Under the pieces are notes generated by a model. The model saw only the letters and a program-made list of their open reading frames with translations. It ran no database searches and was not told the DNA's origin. The position numbers and the translations under genes are program-made. A stretch of DNA of 64,000 nucleotides from Candidatus Geocrenenecus huangii. Its GTDB lineage: Archaea > Thermoproteota > Nitrososphaeria_A > Caldarchaeales > Wolframiiraptoraceae. Positions 9,748 to 19,654 of the stretch are shown piece by piece. Position 1 is the first letter of the stretch. Every line of letters begins with the position of its first letter. The stretch lies in the NCBI GenBank assembly GCA_023254095.1, contig JALNLM010000002.1, positions 96,001 to 160,000 of the forward strand. Direction: 5' to 3'.

Positions 9748-10059
9748 TTAACCAAATAATGCGCTCAGTCCAGCTAATGCCTCTTCCTCTTCTTTCTTTT
9801 CTTCTTTCTTCTTCTCCTCAACGGGTTTAGCTTCAGTCGTAGTGGTAGGTGCAGGCGCTGTTGGAGCTACGGCAACAGGCATAGCCGTCGCAGACTTCAA
9901 CACCTCATCTATATTTACTTCAGAGATTGCGGCTACTAGTGATTTTACTCTTACCTCGTCAGGCGTTATCCCCGCAGCTACTAGGACTTTCCTTAGATTT
10001 TCTTCATTGATTTGTTTCCCAGCTTTATGAAGTAGAAGAGCAGCATAAACATACTCCAT
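9748..10059 (-). CDS. rpl12: 50S ribosomal stalk protein P1/L12
   Basis: [11 protein letters not shown] start, Ala/Pro hinge and [14 protein letters not shown] end. Confidence 0.97.
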   Translation of the reverse strand: MEYVYAALLLHKAGKQINEENLRKVLVAAGITPDEVRVKSLVAAISEVNIDEVLKSATAMPVAVAPTAPAPTTTTEAKPVEEKKKEEKKEEEEALAGLSALFG

Positions 10060-10535
10060 GGTTATCGTATAGAGAACGTTTTTACCTATTTTTAAGTATT
10101 ACCTAGAAGATAGGCCTCGTACCTATAAAGCAGCTAGATACAGATTCGAACCTATTCATCTCAGAAAATCATGCATGTTCATCAGTAATGTATTAAAACC
10201 ATTCTCTGGAAACATCCTAAAGATGTGTAGAGAGGTTCAAGACCTCTAAGCTGTGGCCCTAGACCTCTCCATATGATTAGGCTCTAGCCGTTCAGACTAA
10301 TTTATCGATTATGCTTTGTAAAATAATTTGATAACTATTTTTACTGAGGATAGCGTAACTGGGAAATAAATAAGAAGGACAGGAATAAGAGGACAGTTGG
10401 GAAAAGAATATTCGAGGAAATATTCATAGGTAGGAAGTGAAAAGTTCTCGACCTGAGAAAGTAAGTATAGAAGGTATAATAATAAGAAAATAAATAAACG
10501 TACCGTAGCGTGAAGATTTGAGTAGTGTGGATTAG

Positions 10536-11759
10536 ATGTTTGATAAGAAGTTAATGCTTAAGGTATTCATTACACTAAGCATAGTCTCGCTGCTTGGAGA
10601 TGTAGTATACGAGGGGGCGAGGTCGGTCTCCGGAGCATATCTGAATTTTCTAGCCGCACCCACTATAGCCGCGGGATTATTAGCTGTTGGAGAAGTATTG
10701 AGTTATCTAATGAGGCTGATGGGCGGGGTAATTGCGCAGAAGACCTACTCCCCTAAGAAATTTTGGAGCATGATCTATATTGGCTACTCTGTTAACTTGG
10801 TTATCCCTTTACTTGCATTAACTAACAACTGGTTTATCGCTCTAATCTTATATTTCATCGAGAGGATTGGTAAAGGGTTAAGAGCACCTGTACGAGATTT
10901 ATTAATTTCAGAGGTCTCTGAAGGAATAGGGAAGGGAAAAGGGTTCGGAATACATGAAGTAGTAGACCAAGTTGGGGCTATAGCTGGCCCTTCAATCCTA
11001 GGAGTGCTATTAGCATATCATCCAGACGAGATAGGTTTAGGCTTCAAACTAGGTTTCTCCATTCTAGGTATCCCCGCAATACTATTAATGATAGTCATAA
11101 GCTATGCATATATTATCTACCCAAAGCCGATAGCAGCGAGAATCGAGAAGACTGGTTTAACTTTGAAGAATCTTAAGAGAAGCTATTGGCTATACTTGGG
11201 AGGTTCAACATCAGCCGTCATGGGCTTACTCTACTGGGGGTTTATATCATATTATCTTCAAGATGTAGTTAAGCTAGGGGTAATCAACCAGAGCGAGATA
11301 CCTCTAATTTACATAATAGCCATGGTGACAGATGCTTTGATCGCTGTTCCAATGGGAGTGGCCTACGATAGATACAGGGTCTTCTCCTTGCTTCTTATCC
11401 CTCTTGTCGCTATACCTATACCATTCTTCTTATTCATGCATGTGGAGAGAACATCATTATATATTGCGTCTATATTTTTGGGTTTATCAATGGGTGGCAT
11501 CGAAACAGTTATGAGGGCCTCCGTCGCAGACATAGTTGATTACTCTTCAAGACCAATAGCGTACGGAATACAATCAACAGCTATCGGATTCTCAGTACTT
11601 CTAGGGGGATTGATAGATTCTTATCTATACCAAATCAATATGACAGACTACATAATATTGGTAACATTGTTTCTAGAGATCTCCGCCATATCTAGTTACA
11701 TAGTTTTAATCAAATATGGAAGACAAGAGAAGCCGTTGCTAGAAGGATATAATCAATAG
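10536..11759 (+). CDS. MFS transporter
   Basis: About 12 TM segments; ERIGKGLRAPVRDLLI and GKGFGIHEVVDQVGA motifs. Confidence 0.88.
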   Translation: MFDKKLMLKVFITLSIVSLLGDVVYEGARSVSGAYLNFLAAPTIAAGLLAVGEVLSYLMRLMGGVIAQKTYSPKKFWSMIYIGYSVNLVIPLLALTNNWFIALILYFIERIGKGLRAPVRDLLISEVSEGIGKGKGFGIHEVVDQVGAIAGPSILGVLLAYHPDEIGLGFKLGFSILGIPAILLMIVISYAYIIYPKPIAARIEKTGLTLKNLKRSYWLYLGGSTSAVMGLLYWGFISYYLQDVVKLGVINQSEIPLIYIIAMVTDALIAVPMGVAYDRYRVFSLLLIPLVAIPIPFFLFMHVERTSLYIASIFLGLSMGGIETVMRASVADIVDYSSRPIAYGIQSTAIGFSVLLGGLIDSYLYQINMTDYIILVTLFLEISAISSYIVLIKYGRQEKPLLEGYNQ

Positions 11760-12680
11760 CTGGCTTACTACATGTGATATAAAGTAGACTAGCAGTACAA
11801 CGATGGCGGCTGTTGTTCCGCTAAGTCTTCTACCATAAGCTACTAGGGCTATCAAGAAAGGAAGACTAAGAGATTGAGCTATAATCATGTATAAGTCTCT
11901 CACACGATAGTAATAAGGTGTCCCTAGCTGAGGTAGTAAGTTAAGATTAAAGAATTTATCTAAAGCTAGAAGACCAGGGTAAAGAAGTATTGGAATAAGT
12001 GCGACTATTAGTGAAAGGAAAAACTTTAATTCATCATTTAGAGAATTCAGGATCTCTCTCTTTGTATCCTCTATATTCTTAATAGTTTTCTTAAAGTGGA
12101 ATAATCGCCCAGAGGCTAGTAGCGAGATGAACGTTAGGGAAAGGTAGAGTATGGCCAGATTCCCAAGATATTTGGAAATGATCTCATAGATATTCGGCGG
12201 AGAATCATAAATATTCAAGATTAGTGGAGAAGTTCTTGTATAGATAAGTAGAAATGCGCTTACTATTATTGAGAGAGAGGATGTTATAATTCTTAGACCA
12301 GTATTCTCATACAATGGTGAAAACAACCAGATAGGAAAGAAAATATTAGTGATAATCTTCATGAGCCTGCTAGGAGGCTTCGGCCTCAATAGATCTGGAG
12401 AAAGAACGCCACCTTCTTTCAAAACCTTGTAGACTCTTTCACCCTCTTCTGTCAAGACATAGTTTCTATCTTCATCCTGTGTAACGAAGTCTTTTAACTG
12501 TCTAAGATTGTAGTACAGAGAGCCGGTGCTTATCTTTAGCATATCTCTTAATGTGGTCGCGCTTATCCTTCCAGAATCCCCGATGGCCAATATTATTCTC
12601 CTCCTAGTCTTATGTCTAAGAAGCCAGACAAGTTCATCTTCACTACTTGAATCCATAGAGCCTAGAGACAAAGCTTCCAC
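11739..12680 (-). CDS. membrane-anchored winged-helix (ArsR-like) regulator
   Basis: N-terminal LRHKTRRRIILAI...ISTGSLYYNLRQL...YVLTEEG wHTH followed by several hydrophobic helices. Confidence 0.75.
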   Translation of the reverse strand: MEALSLGSMDSSSEDELVWLLRHKTRRRIILAIGDSGRISATTLRDMLKISTGSLYYNLRQLKDFVTQDEDRNYVLTEEGERVYKVLKEGGVLSPDLLRPKPPSRLMKIITNIFFPIWLFSPLYENTGLRIITSSLSIIVSAFLLIYTRTSPLILNIYDSPPNIYEIISKYLGNLAILYLSLTFISLLASGRLFHFKKTIKNIEDTKREILNSLNDELKFFLSLIVALIPILLYPGLLALDKFFNLNLLPQLGTPYYYRVRDLYMIIAQSLSLPFLIALVAYGRRLSGTTAAIVVLLVYFISHVVSQLLIISF

Positions 12681-12806
12681 TCTCTGAACAGAAAAATATA
12701 TTCTAAATTTTAAACTTGACTATTGCGTTCAAGACATATTCCCACTACGTTGCTGAGCTTAAATATATCTTTTTTATTAATATCTCTGAGAGAGGTATAT
12801 TGGAAG

Positions 12807-13382
12807 ATGGATTGGGTTGAAGATAGCGTAGTATTCAGGGGAGCTATAAGAAGAAGTGGGAATAGTCTCGTAATCACTATTCCGTCAGAACTCTCACAAA
12901 GACTCCTCCTCAGAGAGGGTCAAGAATTCATAATATATGGGATAGGTAGGAAGAGACCAGAGTTTGAAGGAGGACTACAAGTATACCTGGGATACTTCAT
13001 AATTCATGAGAAAGTACTAGTTGTGAGGATGAGGGTTGATGTCTCGAGTGGAAGCTTCGAGAGATTCGGTTCGACAATTAAGGAATTTCAGGAAACCTAT
13101 TCTTTAACAGATGTCAAGTTTAAGCAGGTCAACTCATCTATTGTAGATGTTGAATTATATTTTGGGGCATTAACGGATAGGGGGGTGACGAGACCAAAGA
13201 CTAGAGAAGAAGTAGAAGAATCTGCTTCATCCATAGAATTCAAGCTTAGGCTTGAAGGATTTAAGGTACTAGAAAAAGAAATTATAGAGAAAATAGTTGA
13301 AAGGAAGAGTATTGACCCTGCAACGATCTCGAAGGCCTCATATAAGATTACTGAAATAATCAGATGGCGGTGGGAGTTATAA
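12807..13382 (+). CDS. AbrB/SpoVT-like DNA-binding domain protein with uncharacterised C-terminal domain
   Basis: IRRSGNSLVITIPSELSQRLLLREGQ swapped-hairpin motif. Start moved to ATG 12807. Confidence 0.7.
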   Translation: MDWVEDSVVFRGAIRRSGNSLVITIPSELSQRLLLREGQEFIIYGIGRKRPEFEGGLQVYLGYFIIHEKVLVVRMRVDVSSGSFERFGSTIKEFQETYSLTDVKFKQVNSSIVDVELYFGALTDRGVTRPKTREEVEESASSIEFKLRLEGFKVLEKEIIEKIVERKSIDPATISKASYKITEIIRWRWEL

Positions 13383-13410
13383 TTTTATCTAAAGCCGGAT
13401 TAAATCATTC

Positions 13411-14700
13411 ATGGATATGGAGCTCATAGCGGACCTCCACCTCCATAGTAAGTATTCTGGGGCCACATCTCAGAGAATGAATATTTCCGAACTTGTTGAT
13501 TTTGCTAGAATAAAAGGTTTAGATATAGTAGGTACAGGAGACGCTCTTCATCCAAAATGGTTGAAGGAGTTAGAAAGAGAATTGGAATACATCGGTGATG
13601 GGTTATATGTTTCTAGGAAATATGAAAAAACATATTTCATTATACAGGTGGAGGTTGCTACTATACATCAGTTTAACGGAAAGTCTAGAAGAATACATCA
13701 TGTAATCCTCATGCCGCATCTAGAGATAGCTAGGCAGCTGTCCGAGATTCTGAGAAGTTATGGAGACGTAGAATCTGATGGTAGACCAATCCTTAACATG
13801 AACCCTGCCGAGCTGGTCGAGATTGTAATCGAGGTAGATAAGTCGAATATAGTTTTTCCAGCACACGCCTGGACGCCTTGGTGGAGTATGCTAGGAGCAT
13901 TCAGCGGCGTAAACCACATTAGAGAATGCTATCAAGATATGGTGAAATACATCTATGCTATCGAGACAGGTTTAAGCAGTGATCCCCCAATGAACTGGAG
14001 AGTAAGCTGGCTTGACTATTATACTCTTCTAAGCTTCAGCGATTCTCATAGTCCTTACCCGTATAGGCTTGGAAGAGAAGCGGTAGTATTCAATCTCTCT
14101 AAGCCAAGCTACAGCGAGATACTTGAAGCTATAAAGAATAAAGATCCCGAAAAGATACTCATGACTATAGAGGTTCCTCCAGAATACGGTAAGTATCATT
14201 GGAGCGGACATAGAAATTGTGGTTACGGTCCACTAGATCCTCTGGAAGCGAGAAGACTAAACTACAAATGTCCAGTGTGTGGTAGAAAGCTTACTAAAGG
14301 AGTAGATGACCGTGTTGAAGAACTTGCAGATAGGCCTAGAGGATACCTCCCGGCGAACAAGATAAACTACGTACATTTGGTTCCTCTACAAGAATTAATC
14401 GCTTTAAGCATGGGAATAGAAGTTGATGATGAATCCAAGCTTAATAGCAAGAAGGTGTGGAGTGTATATGAGAAGCTTGTCAATGCTTTCAGCAATGAGT
14501 TTAAGATACTTCTAGAGACAAGTGAAGAGGAAATAGAGAAAGCTGGTGGAAGAAGACTTGCTGAATTAATATCATCCATGAGGCAAGGGAGGATAAAGAT
14601 CGTTCCTGGATATGATGGGGTGTACGGGAGGCTAATGATAGAACCTAAGCATCAGGAGGAGAAGCAGGCGGGAACAAGAAAACTTGAAGACTATTTCTAG
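13411..14700 (+). CDS. endoQ: endonuclease Q family protein (PHP domain plus Zn finger)
   Basis: ADLHLHSKYS, GTGD, PAHAWTPW, ETGLSSDP, SDSHS, GKYHWSGHRNC...CPVCG and PGYDGVYG motifs. Confidence 0.9.
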   Translation: MDMELIADLHLHSKYSGATSQRMNISELVDFARIKGLDIVGTGDALHPKWLKELERELEYIGDGLYVSRKYEKTYFIIQVEVATIHQFNGKSRRIHHVILMPHLEIARQLSEILRSYGDVESDGRPILNMNPAELVEIVIEVDKSNIVFPAHAWTPWWSMLGAFSGVNHIRECYQDMVKYIYAIETGLSSDPPMNWRVSWLDYYTLLSFSDSHSPYPYRLGREAVVFNLSKPSYSEILEAIKNKDPEKILMTIEVPPEYGKYHWSGHRNCGYGPLDPLEARRLNYKCPVCGRKLTKGVDDRVEELADRPRGYLPANKINYVHLVPLQELIALSMGIEVDDESKLNSKKVWSVYEKLVNAFSNEFKILLETSEEEIEKAGGRRLAELISSMRQGRIKIVPGYDGVYGRLMIEPKHQEEKQAGTRKLEDYF

Positions 14701-14800
14701 ACCTCTTCTTCGATCATAGTAGGCGGATAGCCCTAAGTCGCAACATCAACGCGACAATATGTAATCGATTAATATAAGAATTTAGAGAGTCTATTATAGA

Positions 14801-15313
14801 ATGGAGAATCTAGAATGGATAAAGTACGTTGAAAGTATATTGGAGAACTGTGATGAAGAGAATCCTCTACACGTATTTGGGTATGGAAACGTTCTTAGAA
14901 GAGATGACGGTGTAGGGTTATACATAATCTCTAACTTATTGAAAACTATTAAAGAGAAACCCAAGTATATTCACATACATCCCGCCTCAACCGTTATTGA
15001 AAGAAAATTAGACAAGATTCCGAAGTCGAGCAAGATTCTAGTGATCGATGCGGTGAAAGTAGAGGGGGCACCTGGAGCAATAATCTTTACGGAGTTCAAG
15101 AAAGTTGAAAGCTACATCCTCGATACCCACAACATATCCTTAAAGTTCATACTTGAAGCTAAATCACAATTAGAAAACTCTTATCTTCTTGGCATAATCC
15201 CCGAAGATACAAGCATTGGAGAAGAGCTGACACCAGTAGTTAGACAATCTGCAGATGAGATCGTAACGCACTTGAGGAGCATTCTAACCAAGGTTTCAAA
15301 GTTAAAGAAGTAA
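14801..15313 (+). CDS. hydrogenase maturation protease family protein
   Basis: GYGNVLRRDDGVG, VIDAV and DTHNISL motifs. Confidence 0.88.
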   Translation: MENLEWIKYVESILENCDEENPLHVFGYGNVLRRDDGVGLYIISNLLKTIKEKPKYIHIHPASTVIERKLDKIPKSSKILVIDAVKVEGAPGAIIFTEFKKVESYILDTHNISLKFILEAKSQLENSYLLGIIPEDTSIGEELTPVVRQSADEIVTHLRSILTKVSKLKK

Positions 15314-15363
15314 TAGCTTCAACACCTCAGATACCACTATAACCTATAAACTAATGCCGTTAT

Positions 15364-15468
15364 AGCCCCGGGCGGGATTTGAACCCGCGACCTGCGGCTT
15401 TCCCACGAAAACAACAATGTTTTACGAATGTTACAAGGCCGCCGCTCTACCCGCTGAGCTACCGGGGC
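15364..15468 (-). tRNA. tRNA-Thr(TGT) with a 32-nt intron at 37/38 (15400-15431)
   Basis: Reverse complement folds as a cloverleaf: GCCCCGG acceptor stem, GCGGC/GCCGC anticodon stem, CT-TGT-A loop and GGTTCAAATCC T arm. Confidence 0.93.
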
Positions 15469-15648
15469 TCGACCTACAATATCCAGACTGAACATCCTCA
15501 TTTTTATGTTTAATTTCCTCTAACCTATAAGCAGCCCAGTGTAACTGTTCTGCAAGGATTGAAAAGTAAGCTTAAAGCAGAGGTAGTTTTCTCTACCTGT
15601 CAAAATCTAATAACTGCTATTACGCATTAAAGATTAATGGGTAAAGGT

Positions 15649-15723
15649 GGGGCCGTGGTCTAGCATGGCTATGATACGCGGCTCGGGCCCGCGTGGTCCT
15701 GGGTTCAAATCCCAGCGGCCCCA
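15649..15723 (+). tRNA. tRNA-Pro(CGG)
   Basis: GGGGCCG/CGGCCCC acceptor stem, CGCGG-CTCGGGC-CCGCG anticodon arm and CTGGG-TTCAAAT-CCCAG T arm. Confidence 0.95.
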
Positions 15724-16104
15724 CTTCATTGAACGGTCTATCCTCGAACAATTACTTCATTGTGTTTGACTATTTTCTTCTACTTCTAAATCTGCTATCG
15801 TTCAGCAGTGAGAACTCTAAATAATCCCAGCATCAAGTAGCATTCTGGCAACGGGGGAGGGTACGGGTTCCGTGAAGTTCTATTATATTGCATCCAAACT
15901 TCTATACTCTGCTTAATATTTTCACCAGGTCATTAATATCCCAAAAGTCAACACCATAATGAGCAAGTTTCTTTTTATCCTCTCGGCGACTAACTCTTCA
16001 CTCCAAGTTCTTCACCAAGGCATAAATCTCCTATCAACAATTTTGATGGACTCTTATTACTTAAGGCTCGAATATTCAATGCATGGGTAATACGAGGTCT
16101 TTCA

Positions 16105-16195
16105 TGGGCCCGGGGGGACTTGAACCCCCGTCCTCCGGCTTTCTCCGATTTCTTCACCGCAGGCCGGCGCCATATCCATTCTAGGCCACGGGCCC
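16105..16195 (-). tRNA. tRNA-Arg(GCG) with a 16-nt intron at 37/38 (16141-16156)
   Basis: Reverse complement: GGGCCCG acceptor stem, CCGGC-CTGCGG[intron]A-GCCGG anticodon arm and GGGGG-TTCAAGT-CCCCC T arm. Confidence 0.92.
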
Positions 16196-16419
16196 CTTCA
16201 CCGTTTGTAGAGTTCCACCTAATTCCTATTCCTTACCTAGACTATTTAAATTATCTAGATTGATTCTATTCTAACTTGTTTCTGGGCTAGAACGATTGTA
16301 AGAATGGATTGGCCAAGCTTTTTCTCTCAATTTTACTTTGATGACTTTTTCCTTATTTACCTAATGTGAAGAATTCTCAATATTTATATGGTGGACTATC
16401 ATAGTCTGAGAAGGGTTTT

Positions 16420-17151
16420 GTGGGTTACTGCCTTGAAGGCAAGGCTCCTTTAAGATTATGGAGATTTGCGCAAGATAAGCAAAGTCGGTTGATTCTCGCG
16501 TTAGATCTCCTTGACGATTCTTCTCTCAGAGCTGAACCTAGAGAAATATTGGGTAAATGCTTCTCGCTACTAGAGAGATTAAAAGAGTATGTTGTAGGAG
16601 TAAAGATAGGATTCCCACTCTCGTTAAATCTAGGGGTTGATAGCCTAAAAGAATTAATTCAGAATTTTAAGGAAGAATTCTACTTTTTATCCGACTTCAA
16701 GCTTGGAGACATACCCGAAGTAAATAAGTTTACTTTAAGACTTCTTGAAAGATTAGGGTTCGATGGTGCAACGATCCACTTATTCCAGGGGAGCTTAACG
16801 AATATGATTGGAGACTCTATCAATCTATTCGGAATATTGATGATGAGCCACCCTGAAGCAATAATCTTTGAGAAAAATTTCGAAGACTTACTTAAAGAAG
16901 CCTCGAACTCCAAGCTAGATGGAGTTATAGTGGGAGCAACCAAGAAGCAATATATTCAAGAAGTTAGGAGCAGATTACCTCGTAAAACCATACTTTGCCC
17001 CGGCGTAGTAATTCAGGGTGCTGAAGTAGCTCAAGCTTTAAGGTATGGAGGAGATTTTGAAATAATTGGAAGAGCGATAACAGCGTCTCCCGATCCTGCC
17101 CTATCTGCAAAGAAGATTGTAGAGGTTGAGAGAAATGTACTCCAAAGATAG
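16420..17151 (+). CDS. pyrF: orotidine 5'-phosphate decarboxylase
   Basis: LILALD, GVKIG, DFKLGDIP, PGV..QG and IIGRAI motifs. Confidence 0.93.
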   Translation: MGYCLEGKAPLRLWRFAQDKQSRLILALDLLDDSSLRAEPREILGKCFSLLERLKEYVVGVKIGFPLSLNLGVDSLKELIQNFKEEFYFLSDFKLGDIPEVNKFTLRLLERLGFDGATIHLFQGSLTNMIGDSINLFGILMMSHPEAIIFEKNFEDLLKEASNSKLDGVIVGATKKQYIQEVRSRLPRKTILCPGVVIQGAEVAQALRYGGDFEIIGRAITASPDPALSAKKIVEVERNVLQR

Positions 17152-17722
17152 GCTAGCCGAGATCCTGATAGCTACGAATTGTGTGAGATTCGGAGAATTT
17201 ACTCTCAGTTCGGGTGCTAAAAGCGATGTTTACGTAGATATGAGGAGGATTATTTCTCACCCCACTGAGTTTATGGAGCTGGTCAAAATCTCCATAGAAG
17301 TTGTCGCGAAGATGAAGTTTGACGTCTTAGCAGGCGTAGAATCTGGAGGAATACCGTTCGCTACAGCTATAGGGCTCCAGTTGAAGAAGCCGATAATATA
17401 CATCAGGAAAGAATCTAAGGACCATGGGTTAAGAAAACTTGTTGAAGGAGAGTATAGAAATGGAGACATAGCTCTCGTAGTCGATGACGTCTCAACGAGC
17501 GGAAACTCCATATCCAGAGCCATAGAAACGTTAAGGTCGAGCAACATAGTAGTAAATGAGGCATTCGTGATAGTTGATAGAGAAGAAGGAGCAAGAGAGA
17601 GGTTGAGACAACTTAACGTCAATCTACATTACCTAATAACGCTAAGAGAAGTTCTATCCACGTTACATGAACGTACTTCGGGACTTCAAGAGGTGGAGCT
17701 AGGTGACGAACACAAAAGATGA
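17126..17722 (+). CDS. pyrE: orotate phosphoribosyltransferase
   Basis: FGEFTLSSG.KS.VYVD, YIRKESKDHG and VVDDVSTSG motifs. Confidence 0.95.
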   Translation: MREMYSKDRLAEILIATNCVRFGEFTLSSGAKSDVYVDMRRIISHPTEFMELVKISIEVVAKMKFDVLAGVESGGIPFATAIGLQLKKPIIYIRKESKDHGLRKLVEGEYRNGDIALVVDDVSTSGNSISRAIETLRSSNIVVNEAFVIVDREEGARERLRQLNVNLHYLITLREVLSTLHERTSGLQEVELGDEHKR

Positions 17723-18578
17723 TAAACCCTTCACAGAGACAGGCATAAGTGGTAAATTCATGAGAATAGAACCATCTTATACAATGCGGTCAAGATACAT
17801 TATTGGAGAAGTGCATAAAGTACGAAGGCTTACGCAAAAGGTTAGAGAATATATTATCGTGTTAAAAGAAGAAATTGACCCTGACCCCGGGCAATTTGCA
17901 ATGTTATGGGTACCGGGTGTAGGCGAAATACCCCTCAGTTTCGCAGATTATACTTCGAAGACTGTGAAATTTGTTATTAGTAGGGTTGGCGCCGTCACAA
18001 CATATATTCATCAAAATATTGGAGAAGGGTCAAAGATACTCCTTAGAGGTCCTCTCGGAAAAGGTTTCACAATATATCCATCGAGGAATTGTCTACTAGT
18101 CGGGGGAGGATACGGTCTAGCACCATTACACTATCTTGCGAAGAAACTAAGTACGAAGGGATGCAGGTTGAAGATCTTGCTAGGGTTCAAGAATTCTACG
18201 GACATATTCTATGTCGATGAATTTAGAAGTATCTCCAATACGTTTATCTCAAGTGAAGATGGGGAAGAGGAATTCAGGGGCACAGTTGTAGAGTTGATGA
18301 AGAACATTCTAGAAGAAGAGTCTTTCGCCATCGTTTACGCGTGTGGAAGAGAAGAAATGTTGGTGAAGATAGCTAGAGAATGTGCGGCGAGGAATGTAAA
18401 GCTCGAAGTTTCCTTAGAAAGAATAATCAAGTGCGGGCTAGGCGTCTGCGGGTCATGCTCTATCGAACCATTAGGATTAAGAGTTTGCAGAGATGGGCCG
18501 GTATTCGATGGGGGCATTCTCCTGAGGCTTGAAGATTTGTCGAGAAGGAGTAATGAGAAAATATGCATGAACCATTAA
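17703..18578 (+). CDS. pyrK: dihydroorotate dehydrogenase electron transfer subunit
   Basis: PGQFAMLW, RGPLGKGF, GGGYGLAP and KCGLGVCGSC...VCRDGPVF motifs. Confidence 0.93.
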   Translation: MTNTKDDKPFTETGISGKFMRIEPSYTMRSRYIIGEVHKVRRLTQKVREYIIVLKEEIDPDPGQFAMLWVPGVGEIPLSFADYTSKTVKFVISRVGAVTTYIHQNIGEGSKILLRGPLGKGFTIYPSRNCLLVGGGYGLAPLHYLAKKLSTKGCRLKILLGFKNSTDIFYVDEFRSISNTFISSEDGEEEFRGTVVELMKNILEEESFAIVYACGREEMLVKIARECAARNVKLEVSLERIIKCGLGVCGSCSIEPLGLRVCRDGPVFDGGILLRLEDLSRRSNEKICMNH

Positions 18579-19534
18579 CCGATGCAGATGATGAATGCGT
18601 AAGCAATGATAAAAATTCTTTACCTGACCTAACAATCTTTATCTCAGATCTCTTTTTAAGGAATCCTACGGTACTAGCTTCAGGGATCCTCGGCGGATCT
18701 TATGGTCAACTGAAAAGAGTGGAAGAAGCTGGTGCAGGTGCATTAACTACTAAGACCATAACTAAGGATCCCCGTACGGGTTACATTAACCCGGTCTTCG
18801 TAGATCTCGGATATGGTTATCTTAATGCAATAGGATTAAGAAATCCAGGAGTAGAACAATTCAGTATAGAACTCTCTAAAGCGAAGAAAGATATCATGAT
18901 CCCGATTATAGCAAGTGTAGGCGGGACCAGCATCGAAGAATTCACCTATGTAGCTGAAAAGATGGTTGAGTCAGGCTCAGACGCTATTGAGCTAAACTTG
19001 TCATGCCCTCACGTTGGAGGATACGGTTTGGATATCGGCTCGGATGTAAAACTTACGAAAGAAATAATTAAAGAAGTAAAGAGCATATCCGATAAGCCTT
19101 TACTGGTAAAAATCTCGTTATTTCATTCTAATAAGGACATCATAGAGAAATTCATAAGCGCAGGTCTCAATGGAATAACAGCTATAAACACTTTGAAAGC
19201 TCTAGCGATAGATATAAATTCATTATCACCTGTTCTCTCAAACATTCTGGGAGGATTATCAGGACCCTGTATAAAGCCTGTTACCCTAGCGGTTATATAC
19301 GAGATCTATAGAGAGTTCCCAGATATACCGATTATAGGGGTGGGAGGAGTAGAGAAGGCTGAAGACGCAATCGAGATGATCTTAGCTGGAGCATCCGCTG
19401 TAGGTATAGGTTCCGCTATAGTAAGAAGAGACTTAGAAGTATTCACGGAAGTAACGAGAGGGATAGAGAGGTTCATGTTGGAAAATGGTTTCAAATCAAT
19501 AAAAGAGTTGATAGGATACATTCATAGAAGATAG
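18563..19534 (+). CDS. pyrD: dihydroorotate dehydrogenase (family 1B)
   Basis: NPTVLASG, NAIGLRNPG, ELNLSCPH and GGLSGP motifs. Confidence 0.95.
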   Translation: MHEPLTDADDECVSNDKNSLPDLTIFISDLFLRNPTVLASGILGGSYGQLKRVEEAGAGALTTKTITKDPRTGYINPVFVDLGYGYLNAIGLRNPGVEQFSIELSKAKKDIMIPIIASVGGTSIEEFTYVAEKMVESGSDAIELNLSCPHVGGYGLDIGSDVKLTKEIIKEVKSISDKPLLVKISLFHSNKDIIEKFISAGLNGITAINTLKALAIDINSLSPVLSNILGGLSGPCIKPVTLAVIYEIYREFPDIPIIGVGGVEKAEDAIEMILAGASAVGIGSAIVRRDLEVFTEVTRGIERFMLENGFKSIKELIGYIHRR

Positions 19535-19654
19535 CTAGGAGCTGACCTGTAGATAAGAAAAACTAAATTATTAGACGAAAGCAATATCCATGTATAGTTA
19601 TTCTCTTCGTTATTGGGAAAAGATTATTATTCTAACTCACCAACCAGTTAATAG

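Noticed and set aside
10120-10190. Minus-strand CTGATGA...CTGA-GATGAATA resembling a box C/D RNA
   Set aside because: No terminal D box or closing stem at the expected spacing.
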